A DNA stretch of 64,000 bases, taken from contig NC_043001.1 in assembly GCF_006345805.1 (NCBI RefSeq), positions 15,872,001 to 15,936,000 of the forward strand, in the 5' to 3' direction. The notes below the pieces were generated by a model. That model searched no databases and was not told the origin of the DNA. It worked only from the letters and a program-made list of their open reading frames with translations. Positions 1 to 12,521 of the stretch are shown in pieces. The stretch comes from Octopus sinensis. Lineage: Eukaryota. The stretch's first letter is position 1. Every line of letters begins with the position of its first letter. The translations under genes and the position numbers were made by a program.

Positions 1-392
1 TTATCAACCACATGGTTCCGGGTTCAGTCCCACTGCGTGGCACCTTTGCCAAGTGTCTTCTACTATAGCCTCGGGCCGACCAAAGACTTGTGAGTGGATT
101 TGGTAGACGGAAACTGAAAGAATCCCGTCGTATATATGTTTATGTATATCTGTGTGTGTGTGTGTGTTTGTGCGCCTGTGTTTGTCCCCGCGACATCGCT
201 TGACAACCGATCCTGGTGTGTTTACGTCCCCGTAACTTAGCGGTTCGGCAAAAGAGACCGATAGAATAAGTACTAGACTTACAAAGAATAAGTCCTGGGG
301 TCGATTTGCTCGACTAAAGGCGGTGCTCCAGCATGGCCGCAGTCAAATGACTGAAACAAGTAAAAGAGTAAGAGAGAGAGAGTAAAAGAGTA
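1..392 (+). mobile_element. SINE family A (tRNA head + CORE-like domain + internal (TA)n(TG)n + ~200-bp tail), cut by window start
   Basis: B-box-like GGTTCAGTCCC, CORE-like GTGGCACCTT.G.CAAGTGTCTT, tail ending GAAACAAGTAAAAGAG; same body recurs about 16 times in the window. Confidence 0.85.
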
Positions 393-399
393 TTCTGAA

Positions 400-1400
400 A
401 ATCGTTGAAAGCCCGTTTTCGCTTAATTTTCATGAGAATTACTCATTTGATAACAAAGTTCTAAATGCTTTCTGTATGAACATAACACATTATTCCTCAC
501 TGATATACCTAATGAGTGCTATTTTTCTAGACCAGCCACACGAAGAGACGGTATGTCTCTACAAATGGTATATATATCCACAAACGGTATATATAAACAA
601 ACGGTATATATCCAGAAGCTATAACTAGAAACCTAGCAACAGGTTTAAGTAGCAGAATTTCCATTTTATCATCGATAAGGAAATATTCATGAGGGACGCC
701 TCTGTTATAAAAGAAAAACTTTAGCCAGGTTCGGTTGTAGTAAGTTGGAAGAAACCTCTGCTCATCCGAACTCGAAGAGAACTATGAGGCAGGCATTAGT
801 CTAGTTACAATACTCCACTATTATTTAGACAGAGCGGGAAATATTTAGAGGTTTCTATCTCTTCTGATGCAACACTCCGACTCCAAATATATACCAAAAC
901 TATTCAATTAACATAATGTTAAGATAGGTCAATCTTGTCTAGATATAAGATCGCTTCCATTATTACACCCTACCACCAAGAGCATAAATTTCCCACAATA
1001 AGTGCTCTACAATCCTTGCATAATTTTTTAAATTAGGTACTTACCCATTGAGAGAATTTTCTCTTTAAAACTCGTGGAATATATTACTGCATTTACCCCA
1101 CCAGGTGAAATATACGGAAACTTACCGCTAACGACCTCAAGGGATAACGAACTTTTAAATTACTCTAGGTCTGGTACAGAGCGAACTCTGCTTTCTTTTC
1201 TAATTTCATTTAGAAGCTTTGAAACCAAGAGCATGAATACCCCACTTCATCTTGAAAGGTTGTCGATAAATCTCATCCACACACTAACAGAGCAAGTCAT
1301 TGCAGACTCTGTTTCTCTGAGAAACAGTATAACCTTAAGCAGTATCTCTAAACAAGAAATCGTAGATGAGTTCCAGATGCCATCATTGAAGAGTACTTCT
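400..1400 (+). mobile_element. Degraded Penelope-like retroelement (RT thumb/linker + GIY-YIG endonuclease), many stops and frameshifts
   Basis: Manual translation: PEAITRNLATGLSSRISILSS, RFLSLLMQH..KLFN*HNVKIGQSC, RGIYY, SNFI*KL, SLNKKS*MSSRCHH; matches the PLE motif order S.RIS.LSS / KIFN...VK.SYSC / GIY / LS.YIW.LK / LNKRSE..S.CRH. Confidence 0.75.
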
Positions 1401-1799
1401 CTTGGGTTACTTTCAGTCGTTTCGGCCAGAAAATAAAATAAAATAAAAATCGAGAAATTAACTCCCTGGCAAATTATTGTTAAACGCGGTCAAATTACAT
1501 TAGCACCTTTGCATACTTCAGGATCTAGCAATATATCTCCTTCAGTTTGCAAGAAAATTTTACCACGTTATCTAGCTCGTCCAATAAGAAACAAGGTTAC
1601 GAACAATCAACAACGACCCAAATTTAAAACGGATGACGCTTAACATCTCCCTTCTCTCACGTCGGACATCTGAAAGATCAGACATATGTATTCGTGCCTA
1701 CGAAGCTCTCAATAATGGCCGTTAAATCACCAATTGCGCACAAGCAAAACTATACTCACTGGACTGAACAGTTTGTTTTAAACACAAGACACATACATA

Positions 1800-2410
1800 T
1801 ATAGGTGTGTATGTATATGTATATATATATATATATATATAATTAATTAATAAGGGTGAGAGAATTAGATACTAATTTAATAGTATATCTATTCAACACC
1901 AAGTGGCCTAGTGCTCCGAGAAACCTGGATTATTATAATATTTTATAATATATTATAATATTTTTACAAAATAAATATAAATATATATATATAGACATAT
2001 ATATATATTTATGTACATATGCATATATATATATATGCATGTGTGTGTATATATATATATATAAAGATAGATATACATATGTATATATACATGTATACAT
2101 GTGTATATGTGAGGAATTAAAAGAGTCAAAGATACAATTATAGTGTTTCACCAGTTTTATTTCAGTGGAAAATTTTAGTCAAAGCAACAATTACACACAC
2201 ACACACACGCATGCACAAAAATATACAAACACACACAAATATATGTGTGTGCATGTGTGTGTGTGTGTATATATATATGTATAAATATATAATTATAAGT
2301 ATATGTATATGAGTGTGTGTATCCGTGTGTCCGTGTGGGTATATAAATATAGAAACTGCTGATGTGAATAGATTACAAAGTAAGAACTCTACAACATATA
2401 TTGAGCAATG

Positions 2411-2446
<36 letters not shown>

Positions 2447-2464
2447 TATACATACTTACATATA

Positions 2465-2503
<39 letters not shown>

Positions 2504-2793
2504 CCACATATATATATACAACATATTTTATCGGGATGGCTGGATAATACGTACGAGTGTGTGGAATGGTGCAATGTATGTTATTGGCTATTTTTGTGTG
2601 CTTCTTTGGTGTTATGTTCTGCGTATGCCATCGACAATATTAGCGAAGAGGAGCTCGGAAAGTCACGTTTTTCCCCACTGCCAAAATAACAGCTGCTACA
2701 GGTACCCGAAATTGTTAGGATAAACAAGTGCCAGAGACTGCAGCCACCCGCGGCTGTCAGTATGGGCGGAGGAAGAAGACATATGTATATATG

Positions 2794-2842
<49 letters not shown>

Positions 2843-2980
2843 CATATGTCTTCGATATATATATATAATATTATATATATATAATATATATAATATAAAT
2901 ATGTATGTATATTAATATATATGATATATAATATATATGTATGTTATATGTATATAATATACATGTATATAATATATATA

Positions 2981-3014
<34 letters not shown>

Positions 3015-3142
3015 CATATATACACACACACTCACGCGCACATTCACATGCAGGCATATATACATACATACACGCATACTAACATATATAATATTGTTAT
3101 ACATATGTACAAGTGTATATATTTGTTCACAAATATCTTTAG

Positions 3143-3204
<62 letters not shown>

Positions 3205-3428
3205 ATATATATTATACATACATATATATACATACATACATACATATATACACACACATATATATATACACGCAAAAATATATATTCATATATATGTATG
3301 TATATATACTTGTATATATATTTATAACACCATATGTATGTTTATATATGTTTATGTATGTATGTATGTATGTATGTATGTATGTATGTATGTATGTATG
3401 TATGTATGTATGTATGTATGTATGTACG

Positions 3429-3467
<39 letters not shown>

Positions 3468-3520
3468 GTTATCATGTGTATATGTGTATATGTCTACATA
3501 TATTGATTATATGATTTAAT
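1800..3520. repeat. (TA)n/(TATG)n/(CA)n microsatellite field with short unique islands
   Basis: Seen directly in the sequence. Confidence 0.9.
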
Positions 3521-3865
3521 GTAAAATCTCAGCATGAAATTGCTACATGTGAAGTTGACGGTTATTTTGGACGTTGTCTGCCTCGGTTTACAGACATACC
3601 AATATAGCCGCGAGTGGTATGAGACCTGGCAAATTATATGCCTACATTCGCTTAATAACACATGCACAGGCGAAAATAAATATACACATTTATATACATA
3701 CAGACATATATACATATATGTATGAATGAATGTATGTATATATATATATATATATATACCCGATTGTATTTGTTCGTATTCACATCTAAACACGTACAGG
3801 TGCTGCTCAAGAAATATATTCAGCTTAACACCCAAGAAATATACGGACGCTGTAATTTAATTGCG

Positions 3866-4233
3866 TATGATTCCGGGTTCAGTCCCACTGCGTGGCACCT
3901 TGGGCAAGTGTCTTCTACTATAGCCTCGGGCCGACCAAAACCTTGTGAGTGGATTTGGTTGACGGAAACTGAAAGAAGCCCGTCGTATATATGTATATAC
4001 ATATATATATATATGTGTGTGTGTGTGTATGCTTGTGTCTGTGTTTGCCCCCCCAATGTCGCTTGACAACCGATGCTGGTGTGTTGACGTCCCTGTAACT
4101 TACCGGTTCAGCAAAAGATACCGATAGAATAAGTCCTAGGCTTACAAAGAATAAGTCCTGGGGTCGATTTGCTTGACTAAAGGCGGTGCTCCAGCATGGC
4201 CACAGTTAAATGACTGAAACAAGTAAAAGAGTA
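3866..4233 (+). mobile_element. SINE family A, 5'-truncated
   Basis: High similarity to 1-392. Confidence 0.85.
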
Positions 4234-4324
4234 TATGTGTATTCATATGTACATATATACGTAACACTGCGTCACATATACGTAACACTACGTCACACAT
4301 ACGTAATACTACGTCACATCACAA

Positions 4325-4625
4325 TACCGTGACAGAACTATTTCAACTCATCTGGACCTGCTCTCTTTAACATTTTGCCACGCCACATAAGGGAAGAAAA
4401 CTTTCTCATAACATTCAAATGGTTCCAGCACAAATTCCTCCAACAAAATCAAGATAAACCAACTGCACCAGAAATGTTTCTACAAACATTAGCTCTTTGC
4501 TTGAAAGGGTTATGGCATCCTCAAAGAATGACTGTAACATGAAGCATCATTAAATGTCCTTTTCAGGTGATGGTATTAAACTAGTTATGGCCTGGGCCAG
4601 TTCTGGTCGAAACTTATCTAAGTGT
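4325..4625 (+). mobile_element. CR1/L2-group LINE 3' fragment
   Basis: Translates QNYFNSSGPALFNILP..IREE...TFK...DKP; 3' UTR TGGCCTGG...TGGTCGAAAC.TATCTAAGTGT shared with 36800-37250. Confidence 0.7.
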
Positions 4626-4684
4626 GAGTGGTGTGTGTGCGCGCGCGTGTGTGTGTGTATACATGTGTATGTATGCATGTATGA

Positions 4685-4892
4685 GTGAGAGAGCAGTGCA
4701 TGCCATCAAAGTGACACTGGGATAAAATACACCAAGTCCAGTATACTCATCATGACTACCCGTCTGATAAGGATACACCAGGCACATGCATCACAACCAT
4801 ATGTGCGCGACATGGTGATCACATATCAAGATAAACAGCACATGGTCTTGCAGGTGGGGCACAGTTAGAATTTTCTTCAGGTCGAGTAGCCC
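4685..4892. mobile_element. Interspersed repeat family E (unclassified non-autonomous element)
   Basis: Reverse-complement similarity to 10880-11100 and 11330-11530. Confidence 0.65.
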
Positions 4893-5312
4893 ATGTATGT
4901 ATGTATGTATGTATGTATGTATGTATGTATGTATGTATGTATGTATGTATGTATGTATGCACGTATGTATGAATGTATGTATGTATGTATGTATGTATGT
5001 ATGTATGTATGTACGTACGTATGAATGTATGGATGGATGTATGCATGTATATATATATGTATGTATGCATGTATGTATGCATGTACGTATGTATGTATGA
5101 ATGTATGTATGCATGCATGTATGTATGTTATATGCATGTATGTATGCATGTATGTATGTATGAATGCTAGTATGTATGTATATATGCATGTACGTATGTA
5201 TGCATGTATGTTTGCATTTGTGCATGTATATATGCATGTATGTATGCACGCATGTATGTATGTATGCATGTATGTATGCTAGTATGTATGTATATATGCA
5301 TGCATGTATGAA
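4893..5312. repeat. (TATG)n microsatellite
   Basis: Seen directly. Confidence 0.95.
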
Positions 5313-5448
5313 TGTATGTATATATCTCCTGGGTTCAAGCTGGGTTTTAGGGTTAATGCTTAGCTATACAGATTCACGGTTTGTGGTGTTTGAGAAGAGA
5401 ATTTGTCGCTAAAGTCTAGAATAAGATGCTGGTTTATCCCATTTCCAG

Positions 5449-5528
5449 CTTATCTTCCCACTAATGCAGCATTTAAAAGACACTGTGTTGATAGATTTAT
5501 CCAAACGTATCTGAATAATCTATTACAG
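5449..5528 (+). CDS. Candidate internal coding exon (xYLPTNAAFKRHCVDRFIQTYLNNLLQ), product unknown
   Basis: Acceptor TTTATCCCATTTCCAG, donor CAG|GTAAGA, one open frame in non-repetitive sequence; no homology recognised. Confidence 0.3.
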
Positions 5529-5596
5529 GTAAGATTACCAGACTGAGGATTTTGGTAGCTAGCCACTCATCGAAGCGAGGGGAACCTAGTGATATA

Positions 5597-6865
5597 TTAG
5601 GTTGTCAAGGAAGTTCTTGCGGAATTTTTAATTTTGGTTTTAAATAATGTATTTTCAAATTAATTTTCGTTAAATTACTTTGACTTTATGTATCATTTTA
5701 AAGCTTGTTTTACGCTCTATCTAATCATGTTACTATTTTTCCTTTTGAATAATTACACCATTTTTTCTGGAACGTTGAATACAACATGGACAAAAAGCAA
5801 ATTCACACAATCTTCTTAATCCAGTTCAAGCTAGGCCGAAAAGCTGCTGAAACAGCTCGCGATGTCAACGATGCGTTTGGCCCAGGAACCACTAATGAAC
5901 GTACAACACAATGGTGGTTCAAGAAATTTCGTAGCAGTGACGAGAGTCTTGAAGATGATAAGCGTAGTGGTTGGCCATCGGATGTTGACATCTATCAACT
6001 AAGAGCCTTACTCGAAGCCAATCCACGCACAACTGTTTGAGAGTTTGCTTCTGAAGTAGACGTAACATATACAACAATTTGCGACCACTTGAAAGAGATT
6101 GGAAAAACAAAAATACTTGAGAAATGGGTGCCGCACGAATTGAACGACAAAAAACAAAAACCAAAAATAAACGCCGTTTTGAAGTGTCGTCTTCTCTTCT
6201 TTTACGCAACAAGAACGACCCGTTTCGCGACTTGATTGTGACTTGCGATGAAAAGTGGATTCTCTACGACAACCGGCGACGCTCAGCTCAGTGGTTGGAC
6301 GCCGACGAAGCTCCACAGCACTTCCCGAAGCCTAAGTTGCACCAAAAGAAGATCATGGTGACTGTTTGGTGGTCGGCGGCCGGTCTCCTCCATCACAGCT
6401 TTTTGGATCCAGACGAAACCATTACGGCGGAGAAGTACTGTCAGCAAATGGATGAAATGCATAAGAAACTCCGACAACAACAGCCAGCATTGGTCAATAG
6501 AAAAGGACCAATTCTTCTACACTACAACGTTCGGCCGCACGTCGCACAACTGACTCTTCAGAAGTTGAAAGAATTGGGCTACGAAACTCTGCCTCCTCTG
6601 CCATACTCACCAGACCTCTCGCCTACCGACTACCACTTTTTCAAGCATCTCGACAACTTCTTGCGTGAGAAATGTTTCAAAAACCAAGACGCCAAACACG
6701 CCTTCAACGACTTCATCGCCACCAGAATGCAGGAATTTTTACGCTACTGGCATAAATAAACTTGTTTTGCGTTGGTAAAATGGTGTCGATTCTGATGGTG
6801 TTTATTTCGATTAATAAAGTTTTGTTTGAGCCGAGATATGTGCATCTGAATTTAAAGGTTAAAAA

Positions 6866-6870
<5 letters not shown>
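5597..6870 (+). mobile_element. Near full-length mariner (DD34D, Hsmar1-like) transposon, inactive
   Basis: TA + TTAGGTTGTCAAGGAAGTTCTTGCGG left TIR; HTH ORF 5786-6040; KWVPHEL; TCDEKW; LHYN (second D lost); [10 protein letters not shown]; frameshifts; right TIR cut by (TA)n after AAAAACCGCA. Confidence 0.95.
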
Positions 6871-6934
<64 letters not shown>

Positions 6935-7052
6935 ATATTATATATATATAAATGGTAATGCAATACGAGAGTATTGCTTTCCAGTAAAGAATAGCCCGTG
7001 AGGGAAAATTATACATAGAAGTAAATATATGGCACAACGAAGTACCGATATT

Positions 7053-7155
7053 ACCGGTCGAGAAACGGGTCGTTCTTGTAAAAGAAGGGAAGACGGCACT
7101 TCAAAACGGCGCTTTCTTTTGGTTGTCGTTCAATTCGTACGGCACCCAAAAGTGC
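7053..7155 (-). mobile_element. Short mariner transposase fragment (WVPYELNDNQKK...KNDPFLDR) between 27-bp inverted repeats
   Basis: Similar to 6124-6235 in opposite orientation; perfect inverted repeat 7019-7045 / 7157-7183. Confidence 0.8.
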
Positions 7156-7180
7156 CGTACTTCGTTGTGCCATATATTTA

Positions 7181-7253
<73 letters not shown>

Positions 7254-7368
7254 GTGTATATATGCTGCGTGTATAAATATATACACACATACATTTATGC
7301 ATACATTCTACACTACTGTTTTTAGCATATTTTGTTCATCTTTTTGTTCCTGTTTCGTTTCTTTTCAG

Positions 7369-7407
7369 AATCCATTTAAAAGCCGCCATTATCTCCATTC
7401 TTTGTAA
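7369..7407 (+). CDS. Candidate terminal coding exon NPFKSRHYLHSL*
   Basis: Long polypyrimidine tract ending TTTTCAG; phase-compatible with the 5449-5528 candidate. Confidence 0.2.
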   Translation, partial: NPFKSRHYLHSL

Positions 7408-7414
7408 TGGTTCC

Positions 7415-7975
7415 CCTTTGTCGTCCTTGTGGCAAAATCATGCATGCACTCGTCCAGTGGCCGAGCATTGCTGACCTGTGGGTTTATGTCGAACACTTGC
7501 TGTCGCGTGTGGGATGGATCTGGCTGTCAACTGAATCCATCCTGATGATCGCCCCCCACCGTCTTTCTTTAACCGAGAAAAGAAGGCTGTGTTTATGTAC
7601 CTGGTGGTCATGGCGAAAGAGGTTGTATGGTGGACGAGATTGAAGGGGCTGGAGACAAACACATTCCTCTTCGGCCAATCCCTGATCACTTGAAAAGGAA
7701 AATAAGGCCTAGAGAGGGAAGTGTTGTCTTCTAACTAATTTGCTGAAAAGTGGATAAAAGTGGTGAGAATGGTGAATGCGCCTGCCATGAGCGTACGCCT
7801 GTAGATGGAAAAAAAGCGAAAGAAAAAAAAGGTACCTGCCCCAAATGTTAGGGTACCCATGGTTTTTTTAGGGGATTTTCCATGAGCAGCCCTCAAACAT
7901 GTCCTCCTTATTGACGATCACACATCGTTGATTTTCAAATTTTGTTGGTCTTGTTTACACGCAAAACCCTCACAA
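7415..7975 (+). mobile_element. Tx1/L1-clade LINE 3' fragment (diverged subfamily) ending in (CA)n
   Basis: HALVQ zinc-knuckle remnant and GGCGAAAGA..GT.TGGTGGACG.G..TGAA.GG..TGGAGACAAACAC shared with 23780-24130. Confidence 0.8.
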
Positions 7976-8084
7976 CCACACACACACACTTACACACATA
8001 CACATTTCTTTTGTTTTGGCCTGTGTTGTACATAATGTTTTTCTTAATGTAAACCCTTGTGGTTAATAAAGAAATCATTATTAT

Positions 8085-8670
<586 letters not shown>

Positions 8671-9004
8671 CTTACTCCGTAGGACTTCGTTTGGCGGTCA
8701 CGGTTAATGAGGTGCCAAATTGAAGTGTCATCCGGAAGTAAGAACATAAACGCTCCGAGCGTTTCGGCTTGATTGAAACCTAGTCCAGTGTCATGTGACA
8801 TCATTCACGTGACACCCGCTTTGTCACCCATTATTTATTTAGTTACACTTTGAAAAATTGATTACTGTTTTTTCTGTAACGGAGTTAATCTCCTCTTCTG
8901 TTCGTCTCCAGTCTTTGTATGGTGTCTGTCTGTGCGTCGGTGTTTGATAAATGCTTAGCAGTGAGTCTATGGCGAACCTCACGTTTCTTTGTGTTAAGAA
9001 TAGG

Positions 9005-9708
9005 TGTGCGTGTGTGTGTGTACTTGTCTGTGTGTGTGAGTGTGTGAGTGTACTTGTGTGTGTGTGTGTGTGTGTGTGCGTGTGTGTGTGTGCATGTGTG
9101 TGTGTGTATGTGTGTGTGTGTGCGTGTGTGTCTGTGTATATGTTTGTGTGTATATGTGCGTATGTGTGTGAGTTTGCGTGCGAGCGTGTGTGTGCGTGTG
9201 TGCGTGTTTGTGTGTGCATGTTTGCATGCGAACTTGTGTGTGTGTGTGAACGTGTGTGTGTATGTGTGAGTGTGTGTATCTGTGTATGTGTGTGTGTGAG
9301 TGAGTGTGTGTGAGGATGTGTTTCTCTGTGTGTGTGTGTGACTGAGTGAGTGTGTGTTTCTGTATGTCTGGGTGTGTGAGTGAGTGTGTGCGTTTGAATG
9401 TGTGTTTGTGTGTGTGTGTGTGTGAGTGATCTATTGGAATTGTATGTTTGTTATAATATGTCTGCGTGTCTGTATGACTGCATGTCTCTACGCAAACAAG
9501 CATGTATCCAATTGCTTCTTAGGAGTTTAAGGTCTTTCCTATCCTGTCTGCCTGTGTGTCTGTCTTCTTGTATCTATGCATGTGTGTATGTGTATATGTA
9601 AGTATGTATATATGTATGTATGTAGTATGTATGTATGTATGTATATGTATGTATGTATGGATGGATGTATGTATGTATGTATGCATGTATGTATGTATGC
9701 ATGTATGT
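9005..9708. repeat. (TG)n degenerate array followed by (TATG)n
   Basis: Seen directly. Confidence 0.9.
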
Positions 9709-9880
9709 CATTACTCAGTTTTATTTGAAGATTTTCTTGCCAATAGAGAAAGAGCCGGTTTCTAACCTAGATTCTAGGTTCCTTCATTGGAATTTCAACA
9801 TCAACAACAGGGTATTTTTGTTTGTTAGTATGTATGTATGTATGTATGTATGTATGTATGTATGTATGTATGTATGTATG

Positions 9881-10533
9881 TCTATGTGCAGATTTGTATG
9901 TTTTGTTATGTGTATGTCTTCTCATGCATATATTTGCATGTCTAGACATGCTCATATATACTTGAATGCTAAACTTCTGGAAAGTTTTACAGATTTTTAC
10001 AGTTCCAGTGATGCATTGGATCTGTAGTCTTCAAACTAACTTTCTCATTTCTGGTTTTGAAAAGCCTAATTTCCTAAGATTGGTATTTAGACTGTTACAT
10101 ATCCTAGGACCCCAATAATTGCAGATTTCTCAATAATTAGAATAGGTGTTCTCTTTTTCACTGATCTTCAGCTTTATGTTAACATCCGCTGGGCAGCTAA
10201 TTTCCTCAACTGTGCACAGTGTCTCTTCTCTATCCAAAATCATTATATCAGGTCTGTTGTGCTTACATTTTATTGAAGTCTTCACTGGTACATTCCACCA
10301 GTATTCCTTTTTATTATGAGTGGCTATGGTTTCTATCATACTGTGGGTTCATATTTCTTTGTCCTCGGGTTTATCCTTCTGACGGACTTCATTATGGAGT
10401 ATCCTAGCTACAACTTCATGTCTCATCGGTAGATAATACCGTGATGACATTTTCGGACAGCTGCGCATGATGTGAGCGATATCTTCAGTGTGAACTCCAC
10501 AAAGTCTGCATCGGTTGTCACATTTTACTGCTT
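9881..10533 (-). mobile_element. R4/Dong-type (RLE endonuclease) non-LTR retrotransposon 3' fragment
   Basis: CRLCGVHTEDIAHIMRSC zinc knuckle, RHEVVA, WWNVPV...HNRPDIMI.D...C.VEEISCPAD.NI..K..EK PD-(D/E)xK motif, terminal IQCITGTVKICKTF; both ends abut (TATG)n. Confidence 0.9.
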
Positions 10534-10689
10534 GTATGTATGTATGTATGTATGTATGTATGTATGTATGTATGTATGTATGTGAGTATGCATATATGTA
10601 TATATGTTGTATCTATGTATGTATGTACGTGTGTATGTGCATACCTTACATGCACATACATACACACATACACACGCAGATACACACAC

Positions 10690-11530
10690 ACACAAACGGA
10701 CATATATAACCAGTTGAGCTTATCTTCTGGTGGCTGACGATATGTGCATCTGTGATCACGAGCAGGAGTAGTGGAGGAGCATCATAGCTATGTGTTGAAA
10801 AGGATACTTTAGGGTTTGAATAATTCACTCTTGGAAACGTAGTAGTTTCTGCCATCATCCTTATTCAGGGACCTTTTGAGTGGGACGGGCTGCTCGACCT
10901 CAAGAAAATTCTAACTGGTCCCCACCTGCAAGTTCACGTGCTGTTTATCTTGATATATGAGACTACCGTGTCGCAGACATATGGTTGATATGCATGTGTC
11001 TAGTGTACCTTTATGGGACGAGTAGTCATGATGGGTATATTGAGCTTCGTATATTTATACCCCAGTGTCATTTTGACGGCACGTGCTGCTCTCTAACTCA
11101 AAAGATGGGCGACAGCAAATATTCTGCTAAAAGGTGGGCTACAGCATGTTTTCTGCTCAATACCACAGATTTGCTTGTCAGTTATTTCACCTTAACCAGT
11201 TGAACATGTCCCTTAGTTGCTGGCAATATGTGCATCTCTGTTCACTAGCAGAAGTAGTGGTCGAGCATCATGGTTATGTGTCGAGAGGAATTCTTTGGGG
11301 TTTGAATAATTCACCTCTGGAAACATGGGTGTTTAGATGAAAATTCTATCAGGGCCCTACTTGCAAGGTCATGCGCTGTTTACCTTGACATGAGATCACT
11401 ATGTCGCGCACATATGATTGTGATGCATGCGTCTGGTGTACCCTTATCAGACGGGTAGTCATGATGGGTATACTGGGCTTCGTATATCTGTACCCCAGCG
11501 TCATTTTGATGGCGTGTGCTGCTCACTCGC
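10690..11530. mobile_element. Two diverged tandem copies of a ~400-bp repeat (includes family E)
   Basis: 10690-11100 and 11190-11530 align (ACCAGTTGA..., GGGTTTGAATAATTCAC.C.TGGAAAC, GATGGGTATA.TG.GCTTCGTATAT.T.TACCCCAG.GTCATTTTGA.GGC). Confidence 0.7.
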
Positions 11531-11545
11531 TCAATAATAATAATA

Positions 11546-11600
<55 letters not shown>

Positions 11601-11601
<1 letters not shown>

Positions 11602-11768
11602 GGTGTAGGAGTGGCTGTATGGTAAGTATCTTGCTTATCAACCACGTGGTTCCGGGTTCAGTCCCACTGCGTGGCACCTTGGGTAAGTGTCTTTTGCTAT
11701 AGCCTCGGGCCGACCAAAGCGTTGTGAGCGGATTTGGTAGATGGAAACTGAAAGAAGCTCGTCGTATG

Positions 11769-11827
<59 letters not shown>

Positions 11828-12046
11828 TGTGTGTGTGTGTATGTTTGTGTGTCTGTGTTTGTCCCTCTAGCATTGCTTGGCAACTGATGCTGGTGTGTTT
11901 ACGTCCCTGTAACCTAGCGGTTCGACAAAAGAGAACGATATAATAAGTACTAGGCTTACAAAGAATAAGTCCTGGGGTCGATTTGCTCGACCAAAGGCGG
12001 TGCTTCAGCATGGCCACAGTCAAATGACTGAAACAAGTAAAAGAGT

Positions 12047-12047
<1 letters not shown>
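11601..12047 (+). mobile_element. SINE family A, full length
   Basis: Head GGAGTGGCTGTATGGTAAG...GGTTCCGGGTTCAGTCCC, internal SSR, tail. Confidence 0.9.
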
Positions 12048-12085
<38 letters not shown>

Positions 12086-12521
12086 TACATCATCTACATC
12101 ATCGTCGTCGTCGACGTCGCCCCCGTCGTCGTCGTCATCATCATCATCATCATTATCATCTTCAATAACAAGTCTTACGAAAAAGTGATTATAAAATAAC
12201 AGCAGCTGTGATAATAACATCGGTGTGTGTGTGTGTGTGCGTGTGTGTGTGTGTGTGCGTGTGTGTGTGGGAGTGTGTGTGTGCGTGTGTGGGTGTGTGT
12301 GGGAGTGTGGAGTGGAATGTTAATTATTATTTTGTTTTTATTCAATGTCTTCGTTTCTGTCAATCAAGATTCTCATTTCCTGTCACTGGTAAGACGATGG
12401 AGGACAATGAAGACGACGACGACTATTACTTGTTGTGACCACCACCACCAATACCACCACCACCACCACCAACACCACCACCATCACCACCACTACTGTT
12501 AGCATTACCGTGCTGTATATA

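Noticed and set aside
1074-1436. 120-aa ORF (MEYITAF...)
   Set aside because: An alternative frame over the decayed Penelope GIY-YIG region; the recognisable motifs are in a stop-riddled neighbouring frame.
1660-1720. Hammerhead in the region downstream of the Penelope remnant
   Set aside because: CTGAAAGA...CGAAGC lacks an intact core and pairable stems.
8912-8960. 49-nt exon with strong acceptor and GTGAGT donor (LCMVSVCASVFDKCLA)
   Set aside because: Isolated, with no recognisable product or linkable partner; indistinguishable from chance without expression data.
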